Assembly: GCA_963827285.1 (NCBI GenBank)
Contig: CAWHAG010000001.1
Location: 51,821-115,820, forward strand
Reading direction: 5' to 3'
Source of the DNA: Ignavibacteriota bacterium
GTDB lineage: Bacteria > Bacteroidota > Ignavibacteria > CAWHAG01
DNA length: 64,000 bases
Translations under genes and position numbers: made by a program
Shown here: positions 16,641 to 26,254 of the stretch, piece by piece
Numbering within the stretch: position 1 is the first letter of the stretch
Layout: every line of letters starts with the position of its first letter
The notes under the pieces: model-generated
Database searches by the model: none
The model's input: only the letters and a program-made list of their open reading frames with translations
What the model was told of the DNA's origin: nothing

Positions 16641-16689
16641 AGCCTACTTTGCTTGCTCCAGACGGACGACAGAGTGGGCTTTTGTTTTT
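16641..16689 (+). terminator. Probable intrinsic terminator after the HMA gene
   Basis: AGCCTACT ... AGTGGGCT stem (one G-U pair) with a large loop, followed by TTTGTTTTT. Confidence 0.5.
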
Positions 16690-16746
16690 GACAACTGCCA
16701 ATGGACATCAACAGATCTTACCAACCTACCGAAGAACCGACACGCT

Positions 16747-17760
16747 ATGGCTTCACAGAGAAGAACCTACAAGGATGCTGGCGTTGATATTGCGGCTGGA
16801 GAAGAGACCGTTAACCGTATTAAGGCAATGGTACGTTCTACCTTCTCTGAAAGGGTTCTCGCGGACATCGGTCACTTTGGCGCATTCTATGATGCTTCTT
16901 TCCCGATGTACGAACACCCTGTTCTTGTTTCCAGTGTTGATGGTGTCGGCACGAAGCTCAAAGTCGCTTTTCTCGTGAACCGGCACGATACCATTGGACA
17001 AGATTTGGTCAACCATTGTGTGAATGACATCCTTGTGTGCGGTGCCGCTCCCCTTTACTTCATGGATTACTTCGCCACGAGCAAACTGAGTCCAGCCGTT
17101 GTGGAACAACTCGCCAGTGGATTTGTCAAGGCGTGCCGAGAGAACCATTGCTCGCTGATAGGGGGCGAGACGGCAGAGATGCCGGGATTCTATCAAGCAG
17201 GTGAATATGATGTAGCCGGAATGATTGTCGGCATCGTGGAGAAAGACAGGATCATCAAAGGAGACAAAGTCCAAAAGGGAGATGTGCTCATCGGGCTGCC
17301 ATCAACAGGTCTCCATACAAATGGCTACTCGCTCGCTCGTGCGGTCCTGCTCGAGCACTTCAAGGTTGATGAGTATGTTGATGAACTTGGCACAACGGTC
17401 GGCGAGGAACTTCTCAAAATACACCGTTCCTACCTGAATTCTGTATCTGCAATTCTCAGCCAGTTCTCGGTCCACGGCTTGTCTCACATCACAGGCGGTG
17501 GTATTGCGGGAAACACAACACGGGTTCTGCCAGATGGATTGGATCTTCAAATTGATTGGATTGCCTGGCAGAGGCCGGCGATTTTCCAGTTGATTCAGAA
17601 ACTCGGCTCCGTCCCAGAAGACGATATGCGGTGGACATTCAATCTTGGTGTGGGACTAATCCTAATTGTTGACAAACGTGATGTTGACGGTGTTGTGGGA
17701 AAATTACAGGCGCTGGATGAGAAGCCGTTTGTGATGGGGGAAATAGTGACTGGTAAGTAA
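16747..17760 (+). CDS. purM: Phosphoribosylformylglycinamidine cyclo-ligase (AIR synthetase)
   Basis: YKDAGVDIAAGEE, VSSVDGVGTKLKVA and DTIGQDLVNHCVNDILVCGAAPLYFMDYFA. Confidence 0.95.
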   Translation: MASQRRTYKDAGVDIAAGEETVNRIKAMVRSTFSERVLADIGHFGAFYDASFPMYEHPVLVSSVDGVGTKLKVAFLVNRHDTIGQDLVNHCVNDILVCGAAPLYFMDYFATSKLSPAVVEQLASGFVKACRENHCSLIGGETAEMPGFYQAGEYDVAGMIVGIVEKDRIIKGDKVQKGDVLIGLPSTGLHTNGYSLARAVLLEHFKVDEYVDELGTTVGEELLKIHRSYLNSVSAILSQFSVHGLSHITGGGIAGNTTRVLPDGLDLQIDWIAWQRPAIFQLIQKLGSVPEDDMRWTFNLGVGLILIVDKRDVDGVVGKLQALDEKPFVMGEIVTGK

Positions 17761-17916
17761 CATGAAAGTCTGGCTGCTCTATGAACCTAAGTTCCTCAAA
17801 CCGCCGATCTGTCAAGAACACAGAACTCCACATGAATCGCTCAACATGTCGGATTGCAGAGTCTTGGAGAGAACCTCCAATTGCTCAGCCGCCTACCACT
17901 GTGAGGAGTACCGTTC

Positions 17917-18921
17917 TCACGTTAGTTTAAGCACAAGCAGTGTGCGGTCATCTCGTTGGTTAGAATTCTTCATGAACTCAACGCCATCCTGTTCAAGTCG
18001 GCTTATAAGGTCATTGGCAGAGAGGTGTTTGTTCTTTGTGACCGCATCGAGAAGCCTCTCTTCATCATACATCTGATTCATTTCATTCAACATTTCGATG
18101 ACGCCGTCCGTGTAAAAGACAACAACGTCGCCTTGTCCAAGATGCACCGTTTTCTCGTGGTAGACCGCATCGCAGAGGATGCCCATCACGATGCCAGTTG
18201 TTTCAAGCCGTTGGACCTCTTGTGGTTTACCTCTCAGCAATAGTGGTGGATTATGTCCAGCATTTGCGTAAGTGAATGTCCGTTCTCCGATATCAAGGAT
18301 GCCGTAGAGGAATGAAACAAATCTTTTTTGATGGACGCTCTGACAGAAAAGATGATTCACCCGCGCTACAGTCTCCGCTGGAGAGAGCCGCATCATTGCC
18401 GTTGCCCGAAACGCCGCTTGCATGTTTGACATCAGCAGGCTTGCAGAAACACCTTTGCCCATGACATCGCCTATGGCAATGCCTAGCCTTCTACCTTCCT
18501 CTATCTGAATGAAATCGTAGTAGTCTCCACCTACAACTGTTGAGGCATTGAACGAGAAGGCGAGGTTGACGCCTGTAATTGCTGGTGGTATCTTCGGTAG
18601 AAGTGCTCGTTGGATTTCTCCAGCAAGTGCAAGATCTTTTTCTAGCTCTCGTCTCTCGTTATCGCTGATGCAGTCAAGGCAAAGCGTGATATACGGTCTG
18701 GCTTCAAGTCGTTCCTTCTCGATATTCCCACCGCAAGCACCGCAAACGCCATAGCTGTTTTGTTCAATTCGAGCCAACGCCTGCTCCAACTCGCCAAGCA
18801 AGTTAATTTCTCTCGGCGATGCTAATCCATCACCCTTTTTCGCTTCGGCGAGCCATTCCAGGAGACTTTCTTTCTTGCCTAGGATGAGATCCTTAAAATA
18901 CTGAAGGTCATCATTCGTCAT
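17917..18921 (-). CDS. PP2C/SpoIIE-family phosphatase with an N-terminal DksA/TraR-type C4 zinc finger
   Basis: N-terminus YGVCGACGGNIEKERLEARPYITLCLDCIS (CxxC-N17-CxxC). It is followed by GEIQRALLP, GGDYYDF, GDVMGKGVSASLLM, NAGHNPP, FYTDGV and DDRTLLVLK. Confidence 0.85.
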   Translation of the reverse strand: MTNDDLQYFKDLILGKKESLLEWLAEAKKGDGLASPREINLLGELEQALARIEQNSYGVCGACGGNIEKERLEARPYITLCLDCISDNERRELEKDLALAGEIQRALLPKIPPAITGVNLAFSFNASTVVGGDYYDFIQIEEGRRLGIAIGDVMGKGVSASLLMSNMQAAFRATAMMRLSPAETVARVNHLFCQSVHQKRFVSFLYGILDIGERTFTYANAGHNPPLLLRGKPQEVQRLETTGIVMGILCDAVYHEKTVHLGQGDVVVFYTDGVIEMLNEMNQMYDEERLLDAVTKNKHLSANDLISRLEQDGVEFMKNSNQRDDRTLLVLKLT

Positions 18922-19075
18922 AAGCGACCTCGTTCTTGTATGATTTCATGGGCCCATTCTGCAATACGTTTTTCTGAAACCTTAAGTTGCAGGAACACTC
19001 CGTACCGTCTTAATTTGCTCTACGCACGTTTGAACTTCAGCAGAGCTGCCATCCAAATCTTAGAGTTAGCACACT

Positions 19076-20722
19076 TTACTGAGCTGAGCCTGGCTTGGCT
19101 GGCGCTTTCTCCTGAAACTTCAGCTTCTCTGATCTATTCGCCACATCATAGGCAGCAAGGTAGGCTAGTCGAACGATTCTTTCCATCTTGTCGAAATTGA
19201 TCTTGTCAACGGTGTCTGTCGTCTCATGATAATCTCGATGAAATCCCGTGAAGAAGAACGTAACAGGCACTTTCTTTGCCTCAAATGAAGCGTGGTCACT
19301 GCCGCCGGACATTTCTGGTCCGTTGTTATAGACGAGGTCTAGTCCCGTCTTCTTATTTTCTTTGTCAAAGATCTCTTGCAGTGTTTTGGGATCTCCGGCA
19401 CAATAGAGCATCAGTGTATTTGCACGTCTCTGGTTGAGGAGCGAGTCATTCAATTCTCTGTAACTAACGCCTCCATTCCGACCGATCATATCAAGTTGAA
19501 ACATCACATCAACTTTGTCCAACGGAATGAGAGGATGATCAGTATGGTACAGAGAGCCAAGTGCCCCTTCTTCCTCTCCAGCAAAGAGGATGAACATCAT
19601 GCTTCGCTTTGGTTTCTCAGAAGTCTGGACGAATGCCTTGGCAAGCTCCAACACGCCGGTGGTTCCCGAAGCGTCATCATCAGCGCCGTGATAAATGCCT
19701 TTCTCATCTTTGCCGAGATGGTCGTAGTGCGCGCCGATGATGACGAACTCTTCCTTCAATATGGGATCAGATCCTTCAATGTAACCAACCACATTCCGCG
19801 TTGAAAGTTCCTGAACATTCTTCATCGCAATGTGTATTGTGACGTTCTTGCCCTTGAGTTCAATGGGTGATCCCTTTAACGTCTTGTCCAATTGTGCTTC
19901 ATACTCAGAAAGATTTGTACCTTCACCTTTGAGTAGCTCTGTCGCAGTGGAATCGCTGATGTAAAATGTCGGCAGAGGTTTTGCATGTTTCGGTAATTGG
20001 ATAATCGGTTTGGTCAGATACCGCGCATATCGTTGCATTGTTACCTCAATCGGCGGATGACCATTATTTGGATCTCGAACCACCAGCATCCCGACCGCAT
20101 CATGCTGGCGAGCAATATCCGCCTTTACTGCTGGATTGTAGTACTTGGTAGGTCTATTGCCGTTGAAAATTGAAGTGGAGTCTTTCTCCTGTGGTTCGTG
20201 GTTGAACATCAAGACTACCTTCCCGCTGACATCTACACCGGCGTAATCATCGTAATTGTATTCCGGTGCAGTGATGCCGTAGCCAACAAAGGCAATTGGG
20301 GCAGTGATGTCAAAACTGTCAGTGCTCCGTGGGAAGAACAGAATGCCGTGATTTGCTTTGAATCGTCTATGTTGATTGTCTGAAACGATTTCGAAATAGG
20401 TGTTTTCAAAATCACCTTCGCCTTTCATCACATCGAAGGTCTCGAAGTATCCTGTCGGAGATAAACTAAAACTCTTGAGACCATATTGCTGAAACTTGGA
20501 AGCGAGGTATTGCGAGGCGAGATCAAATCCGTGCTCGGTGGTGCGCCTTCCTTCGAGCTCATCAGAAGCAAGGAATTGAAGATGCTCTCGTAAGCCTTGT
20601 TTCGTGATGGATGTTGCTTTGTCTTGCGCAAAGGTAACTTGACCGATGAGTAAAACGGCAAGAACAAAAAAAGCCAGCAACTGAGGTATTCGATTTCTTT
20701 TCACAAACGATTCTCCTTTCAT
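19076..20722 (-). CDS. Secreted M28-family aminopeptidase with a PA domain
   Basis: Signal peptide, AHYDHLG, GADDDASGTTGVLELA, FAGEEEGALGS, GGSDHASF and TGFHRDYHETTD. Confidence 0.85.
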   Translation of the reverse strand: MKGESFVKRNRIPQLLAFFVLAVLLIGQVTFAQDKATSITKQGLREHLQFLASDELEGRRTTEHGFDLASQYLASKFQQYGLKSFSLSPTGYFETFDVMKGEGDFENTYFEIVSDNQHRRFKANHGILFFPRSTDSFDITAPIAFVGYGITAPEYNYDDYAGVDVSGKVVLMFNHEPQEKDSTSIFNGNRPTKYYNPAVKADIARQHDAVGMLVVRDPNNGHPPIEVTMQRYARYLTKPIIQLPKHAKPLPTFYISDSTATELLKGEGTNLSEYEAQLDKTLKGSPIELKGKNVTIHIAMKNVQELSTRNVVGYIEGSDPILKEEFVIIGAHYDHLGKDEKGIYHGADDDASGTTGVLELAKAFVQTSEKPKRSMMFILFAGEEEGALGSLYHTDHPLIPLDKVDVMFQLDMIGRNGGVSYRELNDSLLNQRRANTLMLYCAGDPKTLQEIFDKENKKTGLDLVYNNGPEMSGGSDHASFEAKKVPVTFFFTGFHRDYHETTDTVDKINFDKMERIVRLAYLAAYDVANRSEKLKFQEKAPAKPGSAQ

Positions 20723-20726
20723 GAAG

Positions 20727-21299
20727 CTAAATGGTGAGTTTGATTCGGTTCAATACAGTGTACACGGATCCTGTTGGTTTAAGATCACTTTTCATTACTA
20801 AGATTTCATCAGCAGTCACGGGTTCAGATGCAAACTGCACCGTTTTCAGTTTTTCGACCAACTCCCTCATGTTGTGATTGCCCTTAACCCGTCCCAAAGT
20901 AATATGAGGATGAAACTTCCGTTCCTCCATCGGGAAACCATACGGCACCGTGACGTTGTCAATCTCGTTCTTGATATTCAAGAGTTCCCCATCCGGGTTT
21001 TCACATCCTATCCAGACAACACGAGGATTCTTCAGATTGGGGAAGCACCCGACATCCTGGTATGAGAGCGTGAACGGTTTGTTGCGTTTGAGAGCTTCAC
21101 GGAGTTTCTGCGTCATTTCAGCAAGGACATTCTCAAAGACATCACCCAAGAACTTTATCGTTATGTGAAACTTCTCCAAGGATTCCCATTTCACATCGGC
21201 GTTGGACTCTTTGAGAAGCGACTGCACCTCTAACATCTTCATCTTGATGTGCTGAGGTGTATCAACAGCAAAGAATGTTCGGAGTTTGATCATGGACAT
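20727..21299 (-). CDS. thpR: RNA 2',3'-cyclic phosphodiesterase (2H / LigT family)
   Basis: Two HxT motifs, HITIKFLG and HITLGRV, at the expected spacing in a 190-aa protein. Confidence 0.8.
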   Translation of the reverse strand: MSMIKLRTFFAVDTPQHIKMKMLEVQSLLKESNADVKWESLEKFHITIKFLGDVFENVLAEMTQKLREALKRNKPFTLSYQDVGCFPNLKNPRVVWIGCENPDGELLNIKNEIDNVTVPYGFPMEERKFHPHITLGRVKGNHNMRELVEKLKTVQFASEPVTADEILVMKSDLKPTGSVYTVLNRIKLTI

Positions 21300-21341
21300 T
21301 TAGAGTTAGAGATCATGCGATGGTTGCCGGTTTAGCTCTGG

Positions 21342-22064
21342 TCATGCAGTATTCCTGTTCAACATCTTGGTGCGTATCTCAGGAGAAAGCTTCTCCGTTG
21401 CTGTCTGCAATATCAGCGGAGCAGTCTTGTCTCTCCATCTCAAAAGAAACTCAGCGACCCCCTCAGGATGTTTCTTGCTCGCCTCCCTCAGGAGCCAACC
21501 GACGCCTTTCTGAACCATAGGATCTTTGTCTTGCATCAGACGATCCGCCACTTGAAGCAGTTCATCGAGATACATCCCTTTATGAGCAGGCTCGACCAAC
21601 GAGACTGCGGCAGCGCGTCGTCGCCAGCGGTTCTTAGACTTCGTCCACTTCAGCAACTTGTGCGGGAGTGCTTCATCCTGCTCAAGCGTGATTGCGATGT
21701 GATGGCAACAAAGCGCATCAGCATTTACCCAGTTGGTGAGATAGTCAATCCACTGGTCGAATAGCGAAAACAGCTTTGGGGTATAGAGACGATGAAATCC
21801 TCTTAGCATTTCCAAGGCAAGCGCTCCCTCCTCTATGTTGGCAGAAGCAAGTAAGCGTTCAGCCACCGTGAAGGCTTTCTGGATATCCTTTGCGGACTTA
21901 AACTTCTTGAAGTATTCCTTGGCGATCTTCCTAACATCTTGCATCCGTACGCCATACGCTTGGATGTCTTCCTTGAAATATCTCTTTACTCGTTGGGCGA
22001 AGTTCGGATTTGCTTTCGCTTTCAGTTCCGAGCGAATTTCTTTGATGATTGTGTTCGCGTTCAT
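21342..22064 (-). CDS. DNA alkylation repair protein (AlkD-like HEAT-repeat family)
   Basis: 240 aa, all-helical, with the N-terminus ANPNFAQRVKRYFKEDIQAYGVRMQDVRKIAKEY that I remember as typical of this family. Confidence 0.6.
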   Translation of the reverse strand: MNANTIIKEIRSELKAKANPNFAQRVKRYFKEDIQAYGVRMQDVRKIAKEYFKKFKSAKDIQKAFTVAERLLASANIEEGALALEMLRGFHRLYTPKLFSLFDQWIDYLTNWVNADALCCHHIAITLEQDEALPHKLLKWTKSKNRWRRRAAAVSLVEPAHKGMYLDELLQVADRLMQDKDPMVQKGVGWLLREASKKHPEGVAEFLLRWRDKTAPLILQTATEKLSPEIRTKMLNRNTA

Positions 22065-22148
22065 CGTCGCTTGGCTACCGGACTATGCTTCTCTAGTTTC
22101 AGTTCGCGGAGATGCGATAGACAGTTGCAGTATCAGGTTGGTCGCTTT

Positions 22149-23390
22149 TCACTCTATGCCCAGCAACTTTCTTCGAATCATCTCCAGTGCTGCTTGTGAT
22201 GCTCGTATTTTGAACCTAAGCCGGTCGTCCCCGAAATAGTAGTCTCTGGCGTAAGTACCGTTCTTGTCAGAGTAGCCAATCCAGATAAGTCCCACAGGCT
22301 TTGCTGGTGTACCACCGGTTGGTCCCGCGATCCCTGTGGTTGAGATGCCAATGTCAGTTCGGGCAATTCGCCTGACTCCCGCTGCCATTGCCTCGGCAAC
22401 CTCACGACTCACCGCACCGTGCTGTTCAATCAATCCCTCTGGCACACCCAGCGTCTCGATTTTCGATGGATTACTATAAGCAACAACCCCGCGCTCGAAA
22501 TAGTTCGAGCTGCCTGAGATATTAGTGATGAGGTTGGCAATATGTCCGCCTGTACAGGACTCAGCAACAGCAACGGTGAGTTTTCGTTCCATGAGTAATC
22601 GCCCGATCACTTCCTCAAGTTCTTCATCTCCCACACTATAGATGTACTCTCCTGCCTTTATTCTTATGCGTTGTTCCACATCAGCGATTTTTCTCTTTGC
22701 ACGCTCAACGTTGCTCTCATGAACTGTGATTCTCAGCATGACACCCTGAGGTCGCGGCAGGAATGCAAGTTTTGCCCCTTGTGAGATATCGTCTATGTTA
22801 CCGAGTAGTTGATAGAGAAATGATTCAGGGATTCCAGTTGTCTTCAATGTCTGCTGACGAATGACGGAATCAGTAACTCTCTTTTCAAGATAAGGCAAGA
22901 TGAAATCACCCATCATTCCTTGCATCTCGAAAGGTACACCCGGCATTACAAAGAAATGCTTTTCATCACGGTCGAAAAGCATTCCCGGTGCTGTGCCCCA
23001 GTGATTCTGAATCACGATAGCAGTTCTCGGGACTAAAGCCTGCTCCTTGTTAGGCTCTGTGATTGGAAGGTTTCGCTGGGCAAGGCGTCTCTTCACATTC
23101 TCTAATGCTTCCTCGTTCATCACCAAGTCTGTGTTGAAGAATTTGCACACGGCTTTCTTCGTGATATCGTCGTGTGTGGGACCAAGCCCGCCTGTAACAA
23201 GCACGACGTCGAACCTCTCATACGCATCGCTGAACGCTTTGAGTATCCGTTCCTCATCATCACCAACAACAGTGGTTCTCACGACAGAAATGCCTATGCT
23301 GTACAACTTCTCACCTAGGTAAGCAGCATTCGTGTTGGCAATCTGCCCAATGAGGATTTCATCTCCGATGGTGATGATCTCAGCACGCAT
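22149..23390 (-). CDS. cinA: CinA family protein (MoCF-binding domain plus nicotinamide-nucleotide amidase domain)
   Basis: MRAEIITIGDEILIGQIANTNAAYL, LVTGGLGPTHDDITK, and C-terminal AVAESCTGGHIA. Confidence 0.9.
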   Translation of the reverse strand: MRAEIITIGDEILIGQIANTNAAYLGEKLYSIGISVVRTTVVGDDEERILKAFSDAYERFDVVLVTGGLGPTHDDITKKAVCKFFNTDLVMNEEALENVKRRLAQRNLPITEPNKEQALVPRTAIVIQNHWGTAPGMLFDRDEKHFFVMPGVPFEMQGMMGDFILPYLEKRVTDSVIRQQTLKTTGIPESFLYQLLGNIDDISQGAKLAFLPRPQGVMLRITVHESNVERAKRKIADVEQRIRIKAGEYIYSVGDEELEEVIGRLLMERKLTVAVAESCTGGHIANLITNISGSSNYFERGVVAYSNPSKIETLGVPEGLIEQHGAVSREVAEAMAAGVRRIARTDIGISTTGIAGPTGGTPAKPVGLIWIGYSDKNGTYARDYYFGDDRLRFKIRASQAALEMIRRKLLGIE

Positions 23391-23527
23391 AAATGCTAGG
23401 AAAGAAAATCCAAAGAAAACGAATCAGACAATTGATGCGAGGGGATAACTGCCCGGTTTGGATCTCAGACCACCCAACTTCGCTTGAAAAATATACGCAA
23501 CAAATCCTTCAATGTCAAACAATGTTC

Positions 23528-24028
23528 TCAGTGGATTCGTCCCGATATAAAGAACACCAATTCGAGTATGACATTGGCATATATGCCTGCGATGACATCG
23601 TCCATCATGACGCCGAAGCCGCCGTGCATCGCATTGAACTTGTTGGCAGGGAAAGGCTTGATAATGTCCATCAATCGAAACACAAAAAAGGAGATCAGAG
23701 CCGGGAGAATAGCCTTTGGAAGGAAGAGAAGAGCAATCCACATTCCGACGATCTCATCAATAACGACCTCTGCAGGATCATCGCCGTAGACTGCTTCCAT
23801 TCGAGTGGAGGCAAAAACACCGAGCACAAAACAGACGACGATTGTGGGAAGAATGACAAAGGGACTTTCAAATCCCGGAAGGCAGTATATCAGCAGACCG
23901 AGAAGCGAACCGACTGTCCCCGAAGCGATGGGGACGTAGCCGGTGAACAATCCACTGGCGAAGAGTTTGACGATGAGAGGGACTTTCTTAAGCGCGGTCT
24001 GATTCGGTGGTTCGACTGACGATGGCAT
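23528..24028 (-). CDS. pgpA: Phosphatidylglycerophosphatase A
   Basis: GTVGSLLGLLIY and DDPAEVVIDEIVGMWIALL. The only in-frame start overlaps pgsA by 41 nt. Confidence 0.8.
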   Translation of the reverse strand: MPSSVEPPNQTALKKVPLIVKLFASGLFTGYVPIASGTVGSLLGLLIYCLPGFESPFVILPTIVVCFVLGVFASTRMEAVYGDDPAEVVIDEIVGMWIALLFLPKAILPALISFFVFRLMDIIKPFPANKFNAMHGGFGVMMDDVIAGIYANVILELVFFISGRIH

Positions 24029-24608
24029 AGAGTTCCTTCAAAATCTTCCTATTGTCAATCAGATACATGATTCCGGTGATGAGCGTCAGCAGTGTGACAA
24101 CCAGCATCAACGGATAGATGATCCGTTGGCTAGTGAGGGTTTGCAGGATGTCACTATAGCTGGAAGCAACCCATTTCACATCCTTCAAGACAATCAGCAC
24201 AAGGATGTAATAGACAGCAACCATCTGAATAAACGTTTTCACCTTTGCTGATTTGGCAGTGACGACCGGTCTATTTTTTAATTCAGCGAATGAGCGAAGT
24301 AGCGTGATGCTGATATCGCGGATAACGATGATAAGCATCATCCAGCTATCCATGATATCAAGGTACACGAAAGCGATGAAGGCTGCGGAGGTGAGTATCT
24401 TATCAGCGAGTGGATCAAGAAACTTTCCCCATTGCGTCACATATCCCCACTTGCGAGCGACCCATCCATCATACCAATCCGTGACGGCAGCAATGATGAA
24501 AACGGCAAGTGATAACTGGTGGAAAACGTAATTCTTTGAGAAGAGAAAAAAAAGAAACACAGGTGTAAGGATGATGCGTAGTAGTGTTAGCTGATTCGGT
24601 AACGTCAT
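23988..24608 (-). CDS. pgsA: CDP-diacylglycerol--glycerol-3-phosphate 3-phosphatidyltransferase
   Basis: LPNQLTLLRIILTPVF plus the CDP-alcohol transferase motif DWYDGWVARKW...GKFLDPLADK. Confidence 0.9.
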   Translation of the reverse strand: MTLPNQLTLLRIILTPVFLFFLFSKNYVFHQLSLAVFIIAAVTDWYDGWVARKWGYVTQWGKFLDPLADKILTSAAFIAFVYLDIMDSWMMLIIVIRDISITLLRSFAELKNRPVVTAKSAKVKTFIQMVAVYYILVLIVLKDVKWVASSYSDILQTLTSQRIIYPLMLVVTLLTLITGIMYLIDNRKILKELYAIVSRTTESDRA

Positions 24609-24742
24609 GGTCGCTCATCCTGGTTGGTTTGGCGTTGTGCATAATCTATCAATTTTTCTGAGATTATCAAGCGAAAACTGGCAGAAACAAAAAAGGTCAT
24701 CTACCAGTGGCAGATGACCTAATTCAGGAAATCGGGAATCGG

Positions 24743-24934
24743 TTACACCGCTTTCTGCACTCGATTTGATTTCAAGCAACTGGTGCACACGTGAACTCGT
24801 GTTCGTTTGCCGTTGATCTCAGCATGAATTCGCTGCAGGTTTGGCATCCAGCGTCGCTTAGAACGATTATGTGCGTGGCTGACATTGTTGCCAACGATCG
24901 GTCCCTTTCCACAAATATCGCAGCGTTGTGCCAT
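24743..24934 (-). CDS. rpmB: 50S ribosomal protein L28
   Basis: [34 protein letters not shown]. Confidence 0.95.
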   Translation of the reverse strand: MAQRCDICGKGPIVGNNVSHAHNRSKRRWMPNLQRIHAEINGKRTRVHVCTSCLKSNRVQKAV

Positions 24935-25096
24935 CTCTTCTCCAAAGTAAGGATGATGAATTGAGCAGTGATCAATTTCTGGATAAATATACGAAAAAAG
25001 ATCTTAAGAGGCAAGGACAATTTTCTATTGAAATTCTGGCATTATTTCCTTATTTTTGAACTGGCATAACGGCTGAAAGAAGGAGTGCGTCATCAA

Positions 25097-26188
25097 GTGA
25101 CAATCTTAGGTATTGAAACATCGTGCGATGAGACCTCCACCGCGGTCTTGCGAGACGGCGTGTTGCTTTCCAATTTGATCTCCTCGCAACTTTTCCACGC
25201 TGACTATGGCGGTGTTGTGCCTGAGCTTGCTTCACGAGCGCATCAGAGGATTATTGTGCCGATGGTTGATGAAGCGCTCTCGAAAGCTGGTGTGCGAAAG
25301 ACGGATCTCAATGGCGTTGCTGCCACCTACGGACCCGGTCTCGTGGGCTCCATTCTCGTTGGACTCAACTTCGGCAAAGCAATGGCGTTGGGATTGGGAA
25401 TTCCGTTTGTCGGTATCAATCACATTGAAGCCCACATGTTCTCAAATTTCATTGAAGAGCCGAAGCCAGAATTTCCCTTTGTGTGCCTCATTGTTTCAGG
25501 AGGACATACGCAGCTTGTGTTGGTGAAAAAGCCGTTTGACTATGAGATGCTCGGCAGAACGAGAGATGATGCGGCTGGAGAAGCTTTCGACAAAGTAGCG
25601 AAGATGCTCGGACTAGGCTATCCAGGTGGACCTATCATTGATCAACTGGCAAAGCAAGGAAATCCTAATTTTGTCAAGTTCCCCCGCTCATACATTGACG
25701 AGAACACTTTTGATTTCAGTTTCAGCGGATTGAAGACCTCAGTGTTATATTATCTGAGGTCAATAGGAAAACTACGGGCGGCAAACGTTAGGAAATTAGA
25801 GGTAAGAGACAAGAAATCAGAGGCAAGAAGTGAGAAATCGAGAAATGGGAATCCACCGTCCGAGACGATTGACCAGCGACTATTAGCCGACATTTGCGCT
25901 TCATTCCAAGCTGCCGTTGTTGATGTGCTCACGGACAAGACGATTGCTGCCGCCGAGAGAAACGGTGTCAAGGATATCGCCATTGCTGGCGGTGTCTCAG
26001 CGAACTCGGCTCTTCGCACGCAGATACATGCTCGTGCGGAGAAGAGGGGATTTCGCCTTTTCATACCGAAACTTGCCTATTGCACAGACAATGCTGCAAT
26101 GATCGCACTCTTGGGATGGCTGAAGCTAAAGGATGGAAGAGTCTCGAGTCTCGAATTGGGAGCGGTGGCAAATTTGGAGATAGAATAG
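25097..26188 (+). CDS. tsaD: tRNA N6-adenosine threonylcarbamoyltransferase, carrying an internal charged insertion
   Basis: (V)TILGIETSCDETS, GVAATYGPGLVGSILVG, INHIEAHM, GGVSANSALR and CTDNAAMIA. I prefer the GTG at 25097 (AGGAG upstream); the ORF track starts at 25085. Confidence 0.9.
   Translation: MTILGIETSCDETSTAVLRDGVLLSNLISSQLFHADYGGVVPELASRAHQRIIVPMVDEALSKAGVRKTDLNGVAATYGPGLVGSILVGLNFGKAMALGLGIPFVGINHIEAHMFSNFIEEPKPEFPFVCLIVSGGHTQLVLVKKPFDYEMLGRTRDDAAGEAFDKVAKMLGLGYPGGPIIDQLAKQGNPNFVKFPRSYIDENTFDFSFSGLKTSVLYYLRSIGKLRAANVRKLEVRDKKSEARSEKSRNGNPPSETIDQRLLADICASFQAAVVDVLTDKTIAAAERNGVKDIAIAGGVSANSALRTQIHARAEKRGFRLFIPKLAYCTDNAAMIALLGWLKLKDGRVSSLELGAVANLEIE
25792..25840. repeat. GAR-phased heptanucleotide tandem array (7 units) inside the tsaD coding sequence
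   Basis: gaaatta gaggtaa gagacaa gaaatca gaggcaa gaagtga gaaatcg. It translates with a 7-aa period as KLEVRDK KSEARSE KSRNGN. Confidence 0.6.
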
Positions 26189-26254
26189 GTCGGCGGTTAG
26201 TCCTCAGCCTTCTTTAAGAAGACCGCGGTCTGTTCACTAACCTGAAAAATCACT

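Noticed and set aside
23393-24019. 208-aa plus-strand ORF
   Set aside because: It is antisense to pgpA, which has clear family motifs, and is itself low-complexity and charged.
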